64,000 nucleotides of DNA from an uncultured Holophagales bacterium. GTDB taxonomy: Bacteria > Acidobacteriota > Thermoanaerobaculia > Multivoradales > UBA5704. The translations under genes were made by a program, and so were the position numbers. Position 1 is the first letter of the stretch. Each line of letters begins with the position of its first letter. Shown here in pieces: positions 59,488 to 64,000 of the stretch. The stretch spans positions 352,001 to 416,000 of the forward strand of contig CAWJGT010000025.1 in the NCBI GenBank assembly GCA_963842525.1, given 5' to 3'. The notes below the pieces were generated by a model, which searched no databases, was not told the origin of the DNA, and saw nothing but the letters and a program-made list of their open reading frames with translations.

Positions 59488-59931
59488 TCAGGATACGGTC
59501 GCGCTCCGGCCTCGGGGACGCCCGCCGCTGCCGCCGCGGCGAATGCCGTTCACCAGGTCGAGGAGGGCGGCGATGATGGCTGCCACCATGGCCGCGTCGC
59601 AGTTGCCGGCGAGCACCGCGATCACGGCGGCCAGATCGAAGGCCGTGGCGGCCGCAGCCAGGAGCTGCGAAGGAGTCGGAGGCGTATAGGGGATGGGATC
59701 TTTAGCATAAACGTGTACGTTGCTGAACCACAGCTCGATCTGGAGGACGTCCACGAGCCCGAACAGGAAAGCGATTGCCGCGAGGATCGCGCCGATGTCG
59801 CAGGCGTTGAACAGCATGGCGAGGAACGCAGCCACACCGAACCCCCCAGACATCATCGCCATCCTCGCACCCGGTGGTGGCGGCTCCCACGTGCCGGGTT
59901 GGGTTCTTTGGGGACCTGAAGGATTGCTCAT
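59488..59931 (-). CDS. hypothetical hydrophobic membrane protein with an internal two-fold repeat
   Basis: purine-rich SD; FNACDIGAILAAIAFLFGLVD versus AGNCDAAMVAAIIAALLDLVN. Confidence 0.55.
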   Translation of the reverse strand: MSNPSGPQRTQPGTWEPPPPGARMAMMSGGFGVAAFLAMLFNACDIGAILAAIAFLFGLVDVLQIELWFSNVHVYAKDPIPYTPPTPSQLLAAAATAFDLAAVIAVLAGNCDAAMVAAIIAALLDLVNGIRRGGSGGRPRGRSATVS

Positions 59932-60019
59932 GGCTTCTCTCCCTTCTCTGGATCGAATGACATCGGACAATTTGAAAAGTACGCCACCACTGGCGTAGGA
60001 AGGTACTCGAATGTTACGC

Positions 60020-63000
60020 CTACTGGGGCCGGCCGATCAGGATGACGGGCGCCCAGTGGTACGGATGATCCAAACCCTTGCGGATCAGCTCGAGCTTGGC
60101 GAGCCGCAGCGCCTCGGCCGTATCCTCTGTCTCGTTGAGATGACGATAGAAGCTTACCATCAGCTCGGCGGTCGAGGTGTCCGAGACCTGCCAGAGACTC
60201 ACCACCACGCTGGCTGCCCCGGCGTAGAGGAACGCTCGGGTCATGCCGATCAGCCCTTCTCCCATCACGGCGTTGCCGAGGGCGGTATCGCAAGCCGAGA
60301 GGACGACCAGGTCTGCATCGAGCTCCAGGTTGAAGATCTCATAGACCTGAAGGAGGCCATCTTCCCCACGGAGGTCGCCCTCGCGCGCCAGGATCAGGCC
60401 GGAGCGCGCCGGCTGCCGCGGATCGAGGAACCCATGGACGGCGAAGTGGATGCGGCGCGCGGACTTCAGCGAAGGGCTGTTCTTGACTCTGTCCTCCGAG
60501 GCATCCGCGCCGAGGTGGACCTCGGACAGCTCCGGACTGTAGAGGGCTGCGATGTCGAGCACTTCCTGGCGCGAGGCGGCAAGGCGACGCGGCCGGGACA
60601 GGCCGGCCGTCTGGAAGAAGCGCTCCACAGACCCGGCAGGGAGCTCAGGAGCGTCGGAGGCCGGCGGGGCCCCTGCGTCTCCGTACTCGGGGTCCCCGAA
60701 TCCCAGGAAGGCCTTGCCCGCCACCGGCTCGGCGGCCTGCTGGTTTGACCGGGCAAGCTCGGCGAGCACGCTGGCCGACGGGGCGTAGGTCACCGAGCGC
60801 TCGCGGATCAGATAGGGCAGATCGCCATAGAGCGATCCCGCCCCTCCGGGATTCGGAGACGCGGTCAGCAGAGCCTCGAAGCTGAGCAGAAGCAGCGGAC
60901 CATCGGGCGAGACGATCAGGTGGGGCTTGTCTCGGAGTGAGCCCAACGCGGGGGCGACGAGAATCTGGTAGAGGCGCTGGGCGGCGTCGACGTAGCGGGC
61001 GTACAACAGGCGGCTGGGTTCGTGGATGGCCTGGCGGAAGGAGTCGACCAGCTTTGCCAGCTCGGCTGCAGGCGGCAGGGGATAGCCCCGGAGGCCGTCC
61101 CTGGTCACGACAAAGAGATACGAAATCTCCTCGCCGACGGAGTATTCCAGAAGCGCTGTCCGCGGATCGAGGAGCTCCTGAATCTGCCCGACCTGCAGAG
61201 GGATGGGGTCGCGCACCGCAGCGTAGTGCGGGTGCTCCCTGCGGATCTGTCCTTCGAGGCGCTCTCGGTCCTCCTCTGCCTGGGCGAGCTCGGCCTCGAG
61301 ACGAGCGCCCCCCAGAGCACCTCGACCCCCTCCTGCGAGCTCGTCGAGGACCTGGCTCTGCAGAAAGGCGATGCGGGCGGCGATCTCCGATTCCTTCTGC
61401 TTCAGGGCCGGCGCAATGCCCTGCTTGACGTCGACGCGGCCCTCGGCAAGCAGGTCGAGCAGGCCGCGCGCCCGGGCGCTCTCGCTGGCCCCGAGTGCCG
61501 CGGCAACATGCCCTCCGTCGGGATCGTGCCCGGCAAGGCGCATCAGGAGGTCGACGTAGAGGCTCGTAGTACTCGCGCCGCGAGGCGAAAAAGGAGACGC
61601 GCAGCCGGTTGACGGCGATGTTGGGGCGCACCGTCTCGATGATGTGCAACGCGCTCTTGATCGTCGCTGTTGCGGCTTTCAGGTCGCCGCGGTCTCGCTC
61701 CAGCCGCGCCAGCGCCGACAGGGAGAAGGCCTCGGCCAGGGGTGCCTTTCTCTGGCGGCTCAGGTCCAAGGCTTGTCGAAAGAACCGCTCGGCCTGCTCG
61801 TCGTCGGAGAGCGCTCCCCAGGCGCGCCCCAGACCCATGAGGACGTTGATCTGCCCCAGTGCGTTCTCCTTCTCCTCAAAGATCGCCTTCGCCTCTTCGA
61901 GCTTCCCGCAGGGCCTGGCGGGGATCGCCGAGATCAAGGTGGGCCCGCCCCATGCCCCAGAGGGCCGCAGCCCGGCTCTGGAGGTCGTCTCCGGACCGGC
62001 TGATCTCGTACGCCTGGGTGTGGTATTCGAGAGCCTTGTGGAAATCGCCCTGCAGCTCGTACACCCCGCCGAGATCGCGCAATGCATAGGCCTTCCAACC
62101 GGAGCTCCCCAGAGTGGTGTAGATCTCGAGCGCCTGGGTGTAATAGCCGAGCGCCTTCTCTGAATCTCCCAGGTAGAGGGAAGCCGTGCCGAGGCTCGAC
62201 AGCGCTTTCCCCTCCTCAAACCGGTCACCGGTGGCGCGGTAGAGCTCGAGCGCCTGGCCGAAGAGCTCCAGCGCCTTCTGGAGCTCGCCTCGCCGCAACT
62301 CGAGAGCGGCCGTGTGCTTGAGCGCGCTGGCCTCGCTCGTCCTGTCGCCTGCGGCGCGGGCCAGCTCGAGGGCCTGGGTGAAATCGCGGAGCGCCGTCTC
62401 GGTGTCCCCCTGGTCGCGGTGAATGACACCGAGGGAGTCCAGGACCGAAGCCTCTCCCGACAGGTTGCCCGCCGCGCGGCACAAGCCCTGGGCGCGGTTG
62501 AGATAGCCCAGGGCCTCTGTGAATTCCTGCCGCTCGATGAGGACCACGGCCAGGTTCAGGAGAGCCGTGCCCAACTCGCTTTCGCTGCCGAGGGCCTCCC
62601 ACAGGCGCAGAGCTGCGCGGTAGGCTTCGGCCGCTTTCAGGGTTTCGCCTAACTGGCGATAGGCGAGCCCCAGACTGTGCAAGGACCAGGCTTCCCAGGT
62701 GCCGTTGCCAGCCTTGCGGGCAGTGGATAGAGCGAGCTCCAGAAGCGTCAGCCCGCCCTGAGCGTCACCCAATTCCCGATGCAGCTCTCCGAGCCCGAGC
62801 AGAGTCTCAGCTTCCTCAGCGAGATCGCCGATGGCGCGCCAGTGCGGCAGAGCCTCTTCCAGCAGAGCGAGCGCCTTCCTGCGGCTCTCTTCGGATTCCA
62901 GAGTCCTCAAATGCCTGGCTTCGTGGACTGTCGCCTCGGTGGCCACCCGCTCGCCGTCCTTCAGGTCGGCCGGTCGTACTTCCTCCAGCCGCACGGTATA

Positions 63001-63402
63001 CCGGCCTGCCGGCGCCTTCGGGTCGCGGGGCGTCACGACCAGCCGCAGCTCCCCGGCCGCCGTGGTCACCAGCGACAACCGTTCCGGCGCTGTCATCCTC
63101 CCCGGCCCGTCAACCTCGGCAAGGGTCTCGCCCGAGGGGCCGAGCAGCTTTGCAGCCACGTCGACGCTGTTCTGGTCGATCTTGAGCCGGAGATACCAAT
63201 CCGCCTCGACCGCGATCCGGTGCTCGTGGGTCTCTCCGCCGCCAAGCTGCCGTTCCACGGGCACGCCCGGGACCAGGTTCTGCAGGGCCGATCCAGCCGG
63301 TGGCGCTGTGGCACAGGACCAGCCGAAGATCAGAGCCGGCAGAAGGACAACGAGGTGGAGGACCGGGACGCGAGCGGTGGAGGGGGCAGGAAGGGACGTC
63401 AC
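60020..63402 (-). CDS. CHAT (caspase-like) protease with TPR repeats and a lipoprotein-like signal (frameshifts ~61910 and ~61560)
   Basis: FGWSC, TPR repeats, ESARARGLLD, IHFAVHG, LVVLSACDT, LWQVSD, HPYHWA. Confidence 0.9.
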
Positions 63403-63539
63403 GGCCGGCTTGCCTGCTGAACGAAGATCATCTTACCCCAAGCCGGGCTCACGATCATTCGTGCATGTCAGACCGGCTCTTCCATCCGCGAAGATCTATA
63501 AAAGGATAGGATAACTACGATGAAGGGATAGATGCTGCG

Positions 63540-64000
63540 ATGGCAACTGAAGACCAGGAGATGGCGGCCCGGTTCCTCCGGGGCGAGATGGACGCGGTGA
63601 AGACCGTGGACGGCTGGATCTCGCGCGCCGCCTGGCCCTACCAGCGCCGGCTCGGCGACCGCTGGGAAGACGTCCTCCAGGAGATCCGCCTGGAGATCAC
63701 GCGCCTCTTTGGCCAGGGGAAGTTCCGCGGTGATTCGAGCCTCCGCACCTACCTCTGGCGGGTCGTCAGCCATACCTGCCTGGACCAGATCCGGGCACAA
63801 AAGAAGTGGCAGTGGACCGACCTCGACGACTTCGAGGATCGGGGCAATGGCAGTACCGGTAGCACCCCACCCCAGACCACCCCCTCCGGGCATGAGGACC
63901 GCGACCTCCTGATGCGCGTCCTCGAACGGATGCCCCAGGACTGCCGGGAGCTCTGGCGCATGCTTGTGGCCGGCTTTTCCTACCGCGACATGAGCCTGCG
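63540..64000 (+). CDS. ECF sigma factor (3' truncated by window edge)
   Basis: manual translation MATEDQEM..WEDVLQE..KFRGDSSLRTYLWRVVSHTCLDQIR..CRELWRMLVAGFSYRDM. Confidence 0.88.
   Translation, partial: MATEDQEMAARFLRGEMDAVKTVDGWISRAAWPYQRRLGDRWEDVLQEIRLEITRLFGQGKFRGDSSLRTYLWRVVSHTCLDQIRAQKKWQWTDLDDFEDRGNGSTGSTPPQTTPSGHEDRDLLMRVLERMPQDCRELWRMLVAGFSYRDMSL

Overview
High-GC bacterial chromosome segment. Gene content and repeat families suggest Acidobacteriota, possibly Thermoanaerobaculia; this is inference, not a database result. The left half is mostly ordinary: the end of a chemosensory operon (MCP-cheW-cheR-cheB), pgk-tpiA-secG-tRNA-Leu(GAG), tsaD, sucA, a ClpX-like ATPase, secreted hydrolases, an ECF sigma cluster and REP-like palindromes. 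The 30.8-54.4 kb stretch is accessory. It holds an IS66 element inside a TIR-STAND gene paired with a STAND-WD40 gene, a 4.07-kb IS1-family cargo element, and an IS110/IS1111 element whose bridge-RNA guide segments match its own target and donor ends. The most interesting signals are missed or mis-framed by the ORF track. (1) Three 16-aa micropeptide genes (M[KR][IV]KANVKAGG plus a variable pentapeptide) share a duplicated alternative-sigma-type promoter directly downstream of an ECF43-like sigma / membrane Ser-Thr kinase-TPR pair, a candidate peptide-signalling loop. (2) A family of secreted 91-98 aa proteins with G-x-x-x-DPxG repeats always sits next to HTH- or Zn-finger-TPR genes. (3) One of those TPR genes is broken by an internal inversion that restores the reading frame when flipped. 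(4) There is an orphan double-glycine, Cys/Ser/Thr-rich RiPP-like precursor. Many single-base frameshifts (3.6-6.9 kb, 37.9, 43.5, 51.0 and 61.5-61.9 kb) look like long-read consensus errors rather than true pseudogenes.
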